The position numbers and the translations under genes are program-made. The notes under the pieces were generated by a model. The model was not told where the DNA came from. It was given only the letters and a program-made list of their open reading frames with translations, and made no database searches. This document shows, one piece after another, positions 9,766-20,506 of a DNA stretch of 64,000 nt. The stretch covers positions 1,280,001-1,344,000 of the forward strand of contig CAXXJJ010000001.1 in NCBI GenBank assembly GCA_963667015.2. The letters are read 5' to 3'. Position 1 is the stretch's first letter, and the number at the start of each line of letters is the position of its first letter. Origin of the DNA: Desulfatiglandales bacterium. GTDB lineage: Bacteria; Desulfobacterota; DSM-4660; Desulfatiglandales; HGW-15.

Positions 9766-11010
9766 TTACAGCACGTGGAGTATTCGGTTGTATTCTCCGT
9801 TCGTTATTGCTCTTATCAGTAATTTACGGCCCGTTTCATTAAAAACCGGATTCCATAAATTATCATAGGTCATCGGGAGCAGAGCCCCGTCAAGAATGAT
9901 ATATTTTTTTCCATTTCTTTCAACCTTCGCAGCCAAATGTTTCCCGTCCGGGCTGAACACCGGCTGCCAGGCCATATCAAAATCTGTGCTCCATATTTTA
10001 TCATCAACGATAATTCCCCATTTCCCCTTATCCTTTACTACTGCCGCTATCCTTGTTCCTTCGGGGTTTATAACCATGTCGGTTATCATTTCATCAACAT
10101 GTGTTGTCCATGCCCTGTCGTTAACCGCGATTGTCCATTTCCCAAACTCAGGAGAAACGATTGCTGCGAGGGTTTTTCCGTCCAGGCTGAACACCTGATG
10201 CCATAACTGTTTGAATCTTGATTTCCATATCAAATCACCATTACTGGCAAGACCCCACCCGTCTGATAGCACAGGGGCAACAACTTCTCCGGAAACAGGG
10301 TTAAAACATGGCTCCCATACCATCGGAAAGGTCCTGTCCCATGTCTTTCCATCTACTGCAATTGTGTAGTCGAATCTGTTTAACCTGATATCGGCTGCAA
10401 GCCTGTTTCCATCGGGACTGAAAACATTCTGCCAGACATTTGTAAAAGATTTTTCCCAGGGATTGCCGCCGGGAGCAGGTGCATATATCCCCTTTTTAAA
10501 TTTGTCTATTTCAGCCGCATCCAGTGAATCGGTCTGTACAGTCGCTGAGGTTTGTGAGCCATCGAGGCTCATTGCTATGCAGGTAATGCTTGGGAATGTA
10601 TTCTCCCAGGGGGTATCATCAAGTGCTACGGCATATTCCATATCCTGCTCATATGCGGTACCGATATGTGAGCCATCAGCGCTAAACATCAGATTCCATG
10701 CAAAACCGAACCAGTTTTCCCAGGTTTTCCCTTCCACCGCAACTGTCCATTCCATATCCTGTGATACGAGGGCGGTGAGTCTTCCGTCAGGACTGAAACG
10801 CAGATTGTATATCTTTTCAAATGGGGTTTCCCATGTTTCCCCATTAACACAGACGTTGAAAAGCTCTTCTTCTGTTCTGACGATTGCGGCTATCCTTTCA
10901 CCGTCAGGACTTACATAGGGTTCTTCCACCCATTGATACTGCGCTTCCCATTCCCTGAATGGCAGGTTTTTATTTCTATCTATCCAGTCCCACGCCTTAA
11001 CACCAGTCAT
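9766..11010 (-). CDS. tmcD: TmcD (Trp-rich beta-propeller-like repeat protein)
   Basis: Repeated W..P.FSPDG..LAA units; adjacent to tmcC/tmcB. Confidence 0.8.
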   Translation of the reverse strand: MTGVKAWDWIDRNKNLPFREWEAQYQWVEEPYVSPDGERIAAIVRTEEELFNVCVNGETWETPFEKIYNLRFSPDGRLTALVSQDMEWTVAVEGKTWENWFGFAWNLMFSADGSHIGTAYEQDMEYAVALDDTPWENTFPSITCIAMSLDGSQTSATVQTDSLDAAEIDKFKKGIYAPAPGGNPWEKSFTNVWQNVFSPDGNRLAADIRLNRFDYTIAVDGKTWDRTFPMVWEPCFNPVSGEVVAPVLSDGWGLASNGDLIWKSRFKQLWHQVFSLDGKTLAAIVSPEFGKWTIAVNDRAWTTHVDEMITDMVINPEGTRIAAVVKDKGKWGIIVDDKIWSTDFDMAWQPVFSPDGKHLAAKVERNGKKYIILDGALLPMTYDNLWNPVFNETGRKLLIRAITNGEYNRILHVL

Positions 11011-11055
11011 AATTATCTCCCCATATTAATAACTATCTCGGCGGAATATTTTTAT

Positions 11056-11427
11056 TCACAGGTGAAAACGATTTCTGTCTCGTATGAGTTGCTGTTTGAA
11101 ATCTGATGTCGGGATATAAGTACTGCCCCTGTTTATCTTTATATTTTGGTCAAAGATTTTGTTTACTGAAAAGATTAATACGGCAGGAGGCCCTGAGCCG
11201 AAAGAAAATAGGGCCTCGGGATCCTCGTTAGAGCACCCCTGTCCGGGTGGCGTTTCAGTATTCTCCACGCCTTCATGGGTGAATATGCCTGCCACATGAA
11301 AGTACTGGTAGGGATAAGCAGGCATCATAAAGATTTTATCCGCATTATGATTTGCGGGTATTTCCCTGTGCACGGGAAAGATAACTGTCACGCCATCACC
11401 TCCGGGTAATTCGTTATAAGTTATCAA
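11056..11427 (-). CDS. Hypothetical protein (doubtful)
   Basis: ORF only, no recognised motif. Confidence 0.25.
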   Translation of the reverse strand: MITYNELPGGDGVTVIFPVHREIPANHNADKIFMMPAYPYQYFHVAGIFTHEGVENTETPPGQGCSNEDPEALFSFGSGPPAVLIFSVNKIFDQNIKINRGSTYIPTSDFKQQLIRDRNRFHL

Positions 11428-11765
11428 GAGAGTGTATATTGTTTATTAAACGCAACCTGCCTGCATTTAATGCAGGATGGTATAAATCCTGTTATTCAGA
11501 AAAAAGCTGCATCTATGTAACACTGCTAAGAAAGGTCCCATATTGGATTTGTCATATTGTCTCTATTTTCAAATCCTCTGCATCATTAATATGGCCCCGG
11601 AAGTTGTTTCAAGTGTCACAATATTATGCCCGAGATTCAACAAAGTCAATAATAAGGAATAATTTAAAATAAATATAGGATGTTATAAATGTTTCACTGC
11701 CTGGATTGAGCGAAACATGATAGGGTTTTTTAATGAAATCATTAAGTATGCAGAGACAGTGAATA

Positions 11766-13664
11766 TCAGGATGCTGCCTCCCTGATGCCTTCCAGTTCCT
11801 CCCACCTGGCATAGGCGGAAAGGAGCTCTGTCTCAAGCTCTTCTATTCTTGATTTATACCCTGTTATTTTTTCACCCGAATTTTTATAGAATTCAGGATC
11901 AGACATCCGCTCATACAGATCTCTCTGCTCCTGCTCCAGGTTTTCTATGAGGGCCGGGAGTTCATCCAGTTCCCGGTTTTCCTTAAAGGTGAGTTTGCGG
12001 GGCTGGTCCTTTTTTTTGTACTCTTTTTTTGGCCTGGATTCCTTTACTGGTTTTGGCCTGGAAACCGGTTCGGGGCGCTGGGCTGTCCAGTCGTCATAAC
12101 CTCCAGGATATTCGGATATATTCCCGTTTTCTTCAAAAACGATAGTACTGGTTACAACATTATTCAAAAAAGCACGATCATGGCTGACAAGAAGTATGGT
12201 TCCGCTGTAATCCAGCAGGCGCTCTTCAAGCAGTTCCAGGGTTTCCATATCAAGGTCATTGGTCGGTTCGTCAAGCACCAGCAGGTTGGAAGAGCGGGTA
12301 AAGAGCCTGGCAAGGAGTAAACGGTTCCTCTCCCCTCCGGACAGTATTCGAACTGGACTCCTTGCCCTGTCAGGGGTAAACAGGAAGTCCTTGAGATAGC
12401 CTATTACATGTTTGGGAACATTGTTGATAATTACCGTATCTTTTCCGTCCGCTACATTATCCTCTACAGTAGCATTTTCATCGAGCTGCTCCCTGAGCTG
12501 GTCAAAATAGATGGTTTCCAGTCTGGTCCCGTGTTTTATTGTGCCCTTGACGGGATCGAGTTCTCCAAGAAGTATTTTAAGGAGGGTTGATTTGCCTATA
12601 CCATTTGGACCGATTATCCCGATCCTGTCACCTCGAATAATTTTAGTGGAAAAATCCTTTATAACAGTCCTGTCTCCATAATCATGGTCTATATGAGAGG
12701 CCTCAATAACAAGTTTGCCGGAGGCGAGGGCGTCCTGAACAGTTATTTTTGATGTGCCGGATTTTATACGCCAACCCCTTTGCTCCTCTCTCATTTTTAT
12801 CAGCTCACGCACCCTTCCTTCGTTTCTGGTCCTTCTGGCCTTTATCCCCTTTCTGATCCATATTTCCTCCTGGGCAAGTTTTCTGCTGAACTGCTGCCTG
12901 TGGATTTCTTCGGCATCAAGTACCTCCTGACGCCTTTTTAAAAAGTCGCTGTATCCGCATGCCCAGTTAAGTATTCTGCCACGGTCAATTTCAATTATGC
13001 GTGTTGCCAGTTTTTGGAGAAACATCCTGTCGTGTGTAACAAGGATGATTGTACCGGGATATTTTTCGAGGAATTCTTCCATCCAGGTGATGGAGGTAAT
13101 ATCAAGATGATTGGTGGGTTCATCCAGGAGCAGGAGGTCAGGCTTTGTTACAAGTGCCCTGGCTAGAAGGGTCCTGCGCTTATAGCCGACAGACAGGGAC
13201 TTAAAAGTTGCATCCGGATCAAGTGAGAGCTTGGTGATGATCTCTTCAACCTGGCGATTGATTTCCCATCCTCCCAGCCTGTCAAGTTTTTCCTGGATCT
13301 CCGATATCTTCCTGAATGCCGAATCGTCCTGATTATTTGAAAGATTTTTTGAAAGGCGGTGGTATTCTTCAAGAAGATCTCCCACCTCTGAAAGTCCGCC
13401 CGCTACAACTTCATGAATTGTGCCGGCAAGATTTCGCGGCAGGTCCTGGGACAGGCCTGCCACCGAACTTCCTTTCTGTATCGATATGGCTCCGCTGTCC
13501 GGCCCGATAATCCCGCCGATCAGTTTAAGCAGTGTGGTCTTTCCCTCACCGTTTCGCCCCAGTATGCATACCCTTTCCCTCTTTTCAACCTGGAGGTTTA
13601 TTTTATCCAGAAGGGGAGGGCCGCCAAAACTGATACTCAGGTCCTGCAAGCTTAAAATAGCCAT
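11766..13664 (-). CDS. uup: ABC-F family ATPase Uup
   Basis: Two ABC domains (GRNGEGKT, GPNGIGKS, LDEPTN), linker WIRKGIKARRTRNEGRVR, C-terminal coiled coil. Confidence 0.9.
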   Translation of the reverse strand: MAILSLQDLSISFGGPPLLDKINLQVEKRERVCILGRNGEGKTTLLKLIGGIIGPDSGAISIQKGSSVAGLSQDLPRNLAGTIHEVVAGGLSEVGDLLEEYHRLSKNLSNNQDDSAFRKISEIQEKLDRLGGWEINRQVEEIITKLSLDPDATFKSLSVGYKRRTLLARALVTKPDLLLLDEPTNHLDITSITWMEEFLEKYPGTIILVTHDRMFLQKLATRIIEIDRGRILNWACGYSDFLKRRQEVLDAEEIHRQQFSRKLAQEEIWIRKGIKARRTRNEGRVRELIKMREEQRGWRIKSGTSKITVQDALASGKLVIEASHIDHDYGDRTVIKDFSTKIIRGDRIGIIGPNGIGKSTLLKILLGELDPVKGTIKHGTRLETIYFDQLREQLDENATVEDNVADGKDTVIINNVPKHVIGYLKDFLFTPDRARSPVRILSGGERNRLLLARLFTRSSNLLVLDEPTNDLDMETLELLEERLLDYSGTILLVSHDRAFLNNVVTSTIVFEENGNISEYPGGYDDWTAQRPEPVSRPKPVKESRPKKEYKKKDQPRKLTFKENRELDELPALIENLEQEQRDLYERMSDPEFYKNSGEKITGYKSRIEELETELLSAYARWEELEGIREAAS

Positions 13665-13706
13665 ACTAAGATTTTGCTATATGATCATTTTAGATATCTT
13701 TAAGGC

Positions 13707-14249
13707 CTAGCAGCAGCCGCCCTCTGACCCGCATCCGCTGGAACCGCAGCCTGCATCGTCCGAACTGCAGTCGCAGCCGCATCCGCATCCGGAAGAAATT
13801 CCCGCTGCCTCTTCAGGGGTTAGTTCCCTGACCTCTGCAATATTGACATCAAAGTGCAGGCGCTTACCTGCCAGAGGGTGGTTGAGGTCAATAACCACAG
13901 TATTTTCATCTTTAAGCTCTGATACATTTATAATCATGGGTCCCTGTGGGCCCTGTGACTGGAATGTCATACCGGGCTTTATTTCCATGTCAGCGGGAAA
14001 CTGTTCTCTTTTTACTTCCTGAAAAAGCTGGGGATTGACAGGACCATAGGCATTCTCAGGCTCAACGCTTATTTTAACGCTGTCACCGGTACTCATTCCC
14101 ATTATTTCCTTTTCAAGGCCGGGAATTATCTGGCCCGTACCAGTGATAAAACCAAGGGGTTTCCCTTCGGGTGATTTATCGACCTCTTCTCCTGAGTCCA
14201 GGGTAAGTCTGTAGTCAAATGCCACAAAAACCTTTTCTTTGATATTCAT
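13707..14249 (-). CDS. slyD: FKBP-type PPIase SlyD with Cys-rich tail
   Basis: GQIIPGLE, PENAYG, IDLNHPLAGKRLHF. Confidence 0.9.
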   Translation of the reverse strand: MNIKEKVFVAFDYRLTLDSGEEVDKSPEGKPLGFITGTGQIIPGLEKEIMGMSTGDSVKISVEPENAYGPVNPQLFQEVKREQFPADMEIKPGMTFQSQGPQGPMIINVSELKDENTVVIDLNHPLAGKRLHFDVNIAEVRELTPEEAAGISSGCGCGCDCSSDDAGCGSSGCGSEGGCC

Positions 14250-14492
14250 GATATCTCCTTTGCTTGTTAAAAAAAACCGATGTTCTCCTGATCAGGGGAG
14301 CACCGGTAATGAATATTTCAAATAACATAGTTACAATCCAGGGAAAAGTCAAATTTATGAGGTATTATGTCTAATCTTTCTGTTGATTTAACCTGATATA
14401 TTTAATAGATTTTTTTATATCTAATTAATCTTAAGCGAACATCATAACTACGCTGAATATTATCTTATAATATTAATCTATAAAGGTAAAAT

Positions 14493-15494
14493 ATGAGCAA
14501 AACAGCAAATAAAGAAGAGTATGTTCTCGCCGGAGATATAGGCGGGACAAAGACCAGTCTGGGTATTTTTGTTAAAGGGAAGCGGCGTCCTCTTCTTAAG
14601 AGCCTTAACAGCTATCCCAGCAGGGAATATAAAGGGCTGAAGGATATTATTGCTCAGTTCCTTTCAGCGAATCCTTTCAAAGTTGACAGTGCATGTTTTG
14701 GTATTGCAGGGCCGGTTGAAAAGGGCAGGTGTAAAACAACAAATATCCCATGGGATGTCTTTGAGTCCAGGATAAAAAAAACGTTTAAAATGAAAAAGGT
14801 GCGGCTCATTAATGATTTGAGTGCAATGGCTGCATCTGTTCCATATCTTACCAGGTCGGAGATCTTTACAATTAACCCGGCACTCCCCGAAAAAAATGGT
14901 AATATTTCATTGATAGCACCTGGAACAGGTCTCGGACAGGCTCTGCTGGTACACAGTAAAGGCGGGTATATTTCTGTTCCATCCGAAGGAGGCCATGTTG
15001 ATTTTGCACCCGGAAATGAGCTTGAGGCAGGGCTTTTAAAACACCTATGGAAAGAATATAGACATGTAAGTCTTGAACGTATTATTTCGGGGATTGGAAT
15101 ACTTAATATTTATGATTATCTTAAAACCACCGGAAAATACAAGGAACCCCGGTGGCTTTCAATAAAAATATCCGGTGATGAGCCTGCTAAAATAATCAAC
15201 GAGGCCGCCTGTGAAAGGGGCCAGAAGTTATGCCTCAAAACGATTGATACCTTTCTATCCATTCTTGGGGCCTCTGCAGGGAATCTTGCCCTTACCGGTC
15301 TGACAAAGGGTGGCGTATATATCGGTGGAGGTATACCTCCTAAAATGCTGTGGAGATTAAAGGAAGATATCTTCATGAAGGCATTTACAGCCAAAGGTCG
15401 ATTTTCAGGGCTGATGGAAAAAATGCCTGTGAATATTATTCTTAACAGTAATGCTGCACTGCTGGGCGCTGCAATAGAGGCATTTAATGTCTGA
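14493..15494 (+). CDS. glk: Glucokinase
   Basis: LAGDIGGTK, GIAGPV, LIND, APGTGLG, SEGGH, GGVYIGGGI. Confidence 0.92.
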   Translation: MSKTANKEEYVLAGDIGGTKTSLGIFVKGKRRPLLKSLNSYPSREYKGLKDIIAQFLSANPFKVDSACFGIAGPVEKGRCKTTNIPWDVFESRIKKTFKMKKVRLINDLSAMAASVPYLTRSEIFTINPALPEKNGNISLIAPGTGLGQALLVHSKGGYISVPSEGGHVDFAPGNELEAGLLKHLWKEYRHVSLERIISGIGILNIYDYLKTTGKYKEPRWLSIKISGDEPAKIINEAACERGQKLCLKTIDTFLSILGASAGNLALTGLTKGGVYIGGGIPPKMLWRLKEDIFMKAFTAKGRFSGLMEKMPVNIILNSNAALLGAAIEAFNV

Positions 15495-15619
15495 TCCTGT
15501 TAATAGTCATTTTATATTGACACAATATCACTGTTTTCGATAGGTTAAGAGATTATCTCAGTAATAATTGAAACCAATTTTATAGAAGAATAACTGAAGA
15601 CTACCAAGGAGGAGTATCC

Positions 15620-16549
15620 GTGGAAAAGAAAATACTAATTGCTGTTGACGGAAGCATTCATTCAAGAAGGGCCATAGAATACTGTATTGATATGTGTTCG
15701 GTAATAAAGGACATGCAGTATGTTCTCCTTAACATTCATCCGAAGATATCTGATTTTCTCCTTAAAGAGTCTCAAATGGATGCAAATGCCGGTTCTGCCC
15801 TCAAGGCAGTTGCTGATAAAAATAAACAGAATTCTAAAAAAATACTCGATGAATCCATGGAGACCATGGTGAAACTGGGAATTGATGAAAAGCTTATTGA
15901 AAAGGTCTCACAGCCTGTAATCAAAGGTACTGCAAAGGGGATACTCGACTATGCCAGGCAGACGCTTTGCGATGCTATAGTGGTTGGTGACAGGGGTAAA
16001 TCAAAGCTGGCTGAGGCCTTTACAGGAAGCATTGCCAATAATGTACTTGAACATACGGATACAACACCTGTCTGGGCGGTCGGCGGTGATGTGAAAACAC
16101 AGAAGTTAATGCTGGCGGTTGATGGTTCTGAAAGCGCCCTCAAGGCGGTTGATCATGCAGCATTTATGCTTGCAGGCAACACCGAAGTAAAGATAACACT
16201 CATTCATGTAACACCAAAGCTCAGGGATTACTGTGAAATAGAGTTTGATGAAAATGGCGACATGATAGAGGATGTGATCACAAGCGGAGATAAAAAATGT
16301 GTTGACAGTTTCTATACACATGCGCAGAAAAAGTTTATAGATGCCGGACTCAGCGAAAACCAGATAGAAGTAAAGGAAGTTGAGAGCAAGGTGAGCATAG
16401 GTAAAACGATCGTGGAAAGCGCAAAAAAAGAAGGCTGTGGAACGCTTGTTATTGGAAGGAGAGGTGCCAATGACTCTTTCTTCATGGGGAGTGTTTCAAG
16501 GTACGTGCTGACCAATGCCAAAGATTGCGCCGTATGGCTTGTTCCATAG
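15620..16549 (+). CDS. Tandem-domain universal stress protein
   Basis: Two USP domains (ILIAVDGS..., LMLAVDGS...GRRG...MGSVS). Confidence 0.9.
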   Translation: MEKKILIAVDGSIHSRRAIEYCIDMCSVIKDMQYVLLNIHPKISDFLLKESQMDANAGSALKAVADKNKQNSKKILDESMETMVKLGIDEKLIEKVSQPVIKGTAKGILDYARQTLCDAIVVGDRGKSKLAEAFTGSIANNVLEHTDTTPVWAVGGDVKTQKLMLAVDGSESALKAVDHAAFMLAGNTEVKITLIHVTPKLRDYCEIEFDENGDMIEDVITSGDKKCVDSFYTHAQKKFIDAGLSENQIEVKEVESKVSIGKTIVESAKKEGCGTLVIGRRGANDSFFMGSVSRYVLTNAKDCAVWLVP

Positions 16550-16559
16550 GGGGTTTACT

Positions 16560-16596
16560 GTAAACAGGGTAAAAAATAAACTTTTTACCCTGTTTA
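16560..16596 (+). terminator. Hairpin/terminator after usp
   Basis: TAAACAGGGTAAAAA-loop-TTTTTACCCTGTTTA. Confidence 0.6.
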
Positions 16597-16648
16597 AGTT
16601 AATTCTATCTCCCCAGCCGTTTACAACCCCTGACCCTAAAACACGTTC

Positions 16649-17965
16649 ATGCGAACATCTAAAATAGCCATATTAGATAAGCTGATTGTTTTCAGCCGAT
16701 ACCCTGTTCCGGGGAAAACAAAGACCCGTCTCATTCCTGACCTTGGCCCTGTCGGAGCGGCTGATGTTCATCGCAGGCTTGCTGAAAATATAATAGAAAA
16801 GGTAAGGATCATTTCAAGACAGGAGTTTATCGATCTTGAGGTATGCTTTACCGGTGGGGATATTGGTGAGATGATGACATGGCTGGGCAGCGACCTGGCA
16901 TATGCGGAGCAGGAAGAGGGTGATCTTGGCGCCCGAATGTTTTCAGCCATAAAAAGATCACTGGCTGAAGGCGGAGGAAAGGTTGTTCTCATTGGTACCG
17001 ATATCCCGGGTCAAATCTCCGATCATATTAAAAGGGCATTTAATGTCCTGGATGAAAAGGATATTGTTATCGGTTCTGCTGCGGATGGTGGATACTGGCT
17101 TATAGGAATGAAGAGTCCATGCAATATCTTTGATGGCATTGCGTGGGGAAAGGATACTGTACTCGGGCAGACTCTTGAAATCGCTGAACAGAAAGGCCTT
17201 TCGGTTTCGCTCCTTGCTCCCATAAATGATATCGATACCGTTGATGACCTGGCAGAGCATGACCCGCTGGGTGCCTGGAAGAACCCGTATCTCTCGGTGA
17301 TAATCCCTGTTATGAATGAAGAGGCAAGAATTGAAAAGGTCATTAAAAGGGTATCAAACGTTGACACCGAAATTATAGTTGTTGATGGCGGGAGTAGTGA
17401 TCAGACTGTAAAACTGGCAAAGGAGCTTGGTGTAAGAGTTATTAATAGTCCAAAGGGAAGGAGCCTGCAGATGAATGCGGGTGCGTCCGCTGCCAGCGGG
17501 AATAACCTTTTGTTTCTCCACGCCGATACAATTGTGCCTGAAAATTACGTTGACCTCATTTTTAAAACCCTCATGGACAAGAGGCCTTTAGCTGGGGCCT
17601 TTGGATTTAAAACCGATTTGAATAATACCCTGATGAGATTTATCGAGTATGCAGCAAACCTGCGTTCACATTTTTTTAAACTTCCCTATGGCGATCAGGG
17701 TATTTTTATATCACGGGAAAATTTTGAAAGGGCAGGAGGATATCCGAAGGTGCCGGTTGCCGAGGATATCTTTCTTATCCGCAATATAAAAAAATTCGCA
17801 GGCATAAAAACTCTCCCGGAGTGTGCTGTAACATCTGCCAGGAGGTGGAAAAGGCACGGTTTTATAAAAACAACATTTGTTAATGTTGTTATTTATTTCG
17901 GGTGTTACCTGGGTATAAAACCGGAAAAATTGTATGCCCTATATAAATGGGCATGGTCCGGATAA
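16649..17965 (+). CDS. Fused glycosyltransferases (DUF2064/TIGR04282-like + GT2 TIGR04283-like)
   Basis: N-half FSRYPVPGKTKTRL, IGTDIP, DGGYWLIG, DIDT; C-half SVIIP, VVDGGSSD, QMNAGA, FLHAD, PYGDQG, TSARRW. Confidence 0.8.
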   Translation: MRTSKIAILDKLIVFSRYPVPGKTKTRLIPDLGPVGAADVHRRLAENIIEKVRIISRQEFIDLEVCFTGGDIGEMMTWLGSDLAYAEQEEGDLGARMFSAIKRSLAEGGGKVVLIGTDIPGQISDHIKRAFNVLDEKDIVIGSAADGGYWLIGMKSPCNIFDGIAWGKDTVLGQTLEIAEQKGLSVSLLAPINDIDTVDDLAEHDPLGAWKNPYLSVIIPVMNEEARIEKVIKRVSNVDTEIIVVDGGSSDQTVKLAKELGVRVINSPKGRSLQMNAGASAASGNNLLFLHADTIVPENYVDLIFKTLMDKRPLAGAFGFKTDLNNTLMRFIEYAANLRSHFFKLPYGDQGIFISRENFERAGGYPKVPVAEDIFLIRNIKKFAGIKTLPECAVTSARRWKRHGFIKTTFVNVVIYFGCYLGIKPEKLYALYKWAWSG

Positions 17966-17968
17966 CAC

Positions 17969-18472
17969 TCAAGAGATTGCCTTAAAACGACTGGCTACAG
18001 CACCGCATACAGGACAGTTTTCAGGTATCTCGTTTTCCGCGATGTAACCGCATATCTGGCACACAAAGTAATCAGTTTCCCTGCCTTCCAGCATATCGTT
18101 CATCATGCGTTTATATAGCTGGGCGTGGCGGTCTTCAACATCCCTTGTCTGTGTAAGTGCCTTCATCACCGCATTGTTTGCCCCTTCTTCCTCTGCATCT
18201 TTAATTAGCTGCGGATATTCATCAGCGTTGGCCTTGATCTCATTTTCAAAGGCGGTTTTAAGGTTCTCTTCTGTTGAACCGATTTTGCCCCTCATGAGCA
18301 GCAGAAACCGGTTGGCATGAACTGACTCTGAATCGGCAACCGCTTTAAAAAGTTTGGCCGTATTTATATATTCTTCCTTTTCAGCCTTAAGAGCAAATGC
18401 AGAGTTTCGAAGTGATGCCTTTGATTCGGCGGCAAAGGCCTTTCCCAGATTTTTTTCGGTCTTTTCTCCCAA
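17969..18472 (-). CDS. Rubrerythrin family protein
   Basis: AFAAES, ESVHA, EDRH, C-terminal CQICGY...CPVCG. Confidence 0.9.
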   Translation of the reverse strand: MGEKTEKNLGKAFAAESKASLRNSAFALKAEKEEYINTAKLFKAVADSESVHANRFLLLMRGKIGSTEENLKTAFENEIKANADEYPQLIKDAEEEGANNAVMKALTQTRDVEDRHAQLYKRMMNDMLEGRETDYFVCQICGYIAENEIPENCPVCGAVASRFKAIS

Positions 18473-18577
18473 TTCTATTACCTTTCTTTTTGTGTAATAT
18501 TGATTTGAAGCTTGCTTTTTATTATATTAAAAGCATATTTTTACATCTATTCCAATATAAAATATTTGAAGGTGCAA

Positions 18578-18886
18578 ATGGCCAAAGAATACTGGACAGT
18601 TTCCGAAGTAATAGAAATCTTTCAAATGGATGAGGGTATTATTTCATACCTCGAAGAGGAAGAAATAGTCTGCCCCGAATGTTTTGATGTTCAACCTACA
18701 AAGCGTTTTTCTGCGATTGAACTTGATAAACTGCGCCTTGTAAAAGTACTTATGGAAGATATGGAAGTAAATCTTCCCGGTGTTGAGGTCATATTAAGAA
18801 TGAGGCAGAGCATGATTCAAATGCGGCAGCAGTTTGATGATATCCTTGAGGATCTTGCCTCTCAGTTTAAAGAAAGTCTGAAATAA
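18578..18886 (+). CDS. cbpM: Chaperone modulator CbpM-like (MerR-type HTH)
   Basis: LEEEEIVCP, DMEVNLPGVEVILRMR; convergent with a DnaJ/CbpA gene; likely start MAKEYW. Confidence 0.7.
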   Translation: MAKEYWTVSEVIEIFQMDEGIISYLEEEEIVCPECFDVQPTKRFSAIELDKLRLVKVLMEDMEVNLPGVEVILRMRQSMIQMRQQFDDILEDLASQFKESLK

Positions 18887-18893
18887 ATGTGAG

Positions 18894-20060
18894 TTACAGT
18901 TTTAAATTTTTCCTCACATCTTCTTTGTAGTACTCATCCAGCTTTTTAGCCGCATTCATAAGTTCCTCATCGTATGCCTTTGGAACCTTGACAATGAGCT
19001 TAACCATCATGTCACCCCTCGCACCGGTCTTAAGGTTAAATGCTCCCTTACCCTTAAGTCTCAGGCTCTGCCCGCTCTGACTTCCCTTTGGAATCTTAAG
19101 GTTTACTGTTCCCTCAATTGTCGGCACCGGGACTGTTCCACCGGAAATCGCCTCATTTACTGTCACCGGTACTTCAAGAAACAGATCATCATTTTCGCGA
19201 CGAAGTGTATCATGCGGTTTTATATGTATAATCAGGTAAAGGTCTCCAGGTTTTCCTCCATTAAAGCCGGGCTCGCCCTTTCCGGAAACTCGAACCCTGC
19301 TCCCCTCTTTAACCCCTTTTGGTATTGTTACCCTTATTCTTTCCGTTGCATATACCTGGCCCTGCCCGGAACATTGAGGGCATGGCTTACCGGTACTCCC
19401 ATGGCCATGACACTGAGGGCACTCCTTTGTAAAATTAACAGGCCCATTGGCTACTTTGAGCCTGCCTGATCCACCGCATGTGCTGCATTGAGTCATGCCT
19501 GATTTGGGATCGATCCCTGAACCTTTGCACAACTGGCACGGTTTCATCTTCTGCATGGAGAGTTCGGTCTCAAAACCTTTAAGGGCAGAGATAAGGTCTA
19601 TGGTCATTTCATGCTCCATATCCCTTCCCCTGGAACTCATACTGCTCCTGAAATCATAACCGGGCCGGGCCCCCTCGCGGGAGCTGAAAAGATCTCCAAA
19701 CAGGTCTTCATAGCTCTGGTACTTACCAAAGTCCTGACCGGACCAGCCCCCAGCCCCTCCTGCCGATGATTGACGTGCTCCCTGTTGATAGGCTCCCCAT
19801 TTTTTATATTCCCGTGCCTTCTCGGCATCAAATCCGGTGTTAAGGCTGTCCTCGCCGAATTCATCGTAGAGTTTCCTCTTTTCTGTATTCCCAAGGCAGT
19901 CATAGGCAGCAGAAATATCCTTAAACTTTTGTTCCGCTTCTTTGTTCCCCGGATTGATGTCAGGGTGCCATTTCCTGGCAAGTTTCCGATAGGCCTTTTT
20001 TATCTCGTCCTGGGCGGCGTCTTTTTTTACTCCAAGTATTTTGTAATAGTCTTCAGCCAT
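18894..20060 (-). CDS. dnaJ: DnaJ-class co-chaperone (intact)
   Basis: J-domain with HPD, four CxxCxGxG repeats, C-terminal domain. Confidence 0.9.
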   Translation of the reverse strand: MAEDYYKILGVKKDAAQDEIKKAYRKLARKWHPDINPGNKEAEQKFKDISAAYDCLGNTEKRKLYDEFGEDSLNTGFDAEKAREYKKWGAYQQGARQSSAGGAGGWSGQDFGKYQSYEDLFGDLFSSREGARPGYDFRSSMSSRGRDMEHEMTIDLISALKGFETELSMQKMKPCQLCKGSGIDPKSGMTQCSTCGGSGRLKVANGPVNFTKECPQCHGHGSTGKPCPQCSGQGQVYATERIRVTIPKGVKEGSRVRVSGKGEPGFNGGKPGDLYLIIHIKPHDTLRRENDDLFLEVPVTVNEAISGGTVPVPTIEGTVNLKIPKGSQSGQSLRLKGKGAFNLKTGARGDMMVKLIVKVPKAYDEELMNAAKKLDEYYKEDVRKNLKL

Positions 20061-20340
20061 TTTATATATTTCTCTGTTTTCAGGTTTTCAGTATTTCTAG
20101 AAATTTGGTGTTTGGTTTATCTTGAACTTATAAAATTATAAACATTAATGCCTGTTAATGCAAAATTAGCATATTGAATCTTTTGCCGCAATATTATCAC
20201 ACTCCGGATACCAATTAAAAGTTCCAAAATGTTTAAAACTATTGAGATGGGACGTGTAAATAAAAAAGCCCATTCAAATGAATGGACTCTGAGATTTTGG
20301 TTTGACTCCCCGAATCGGAAGAGTCCGGGCAATGGGAAGA
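19532..20340 (-). repeat. Direct repeat copy A: dnaJ 5' part + upstream region
   Basis: Aligns by eye with 22643-23452, with substitutions and small indels. Confidence 0.9.
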
Positions 20341-20443
20341 GCGATTAGAGCTATGCAAACCTGGATAATATTCAGATTACTTTTACAAATCACATACTTT
20401 TCGAAACTGGCAAAAGTTATTACTTATAGCAGTAGTCTATACT

Positions 20444-20506
20444 TAGTAACGTTGTGCTCAGGGACAGTGTGTTTTTTACGCTGTCACCCAAAGCAAATGA
20501 TTAGGC
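20444..20506 (-). mobile_element. attC site 3 (integron cassette recombination site, degenerate)
   Basis: GCCTAAT (overlaps stop codon)...imperfect palindrome...GTTACTA; 63 bp. Confidence 0.6.

Noticed and set aside
9766..11010. Repeats suggesting a CRISPR array or DGR target
   Set aside because: These are protein-level propeller repeats of TmcD; no identical spaced DNA repeats, cas genes or reverse transcriptase were seen in the window.
20061..20300. CIRCE element upstream of dnaJ
   Set aside because: Only a partial TTAGCA; the TTAGCACTC-N9-GAGTGCTAA repeat is absent.
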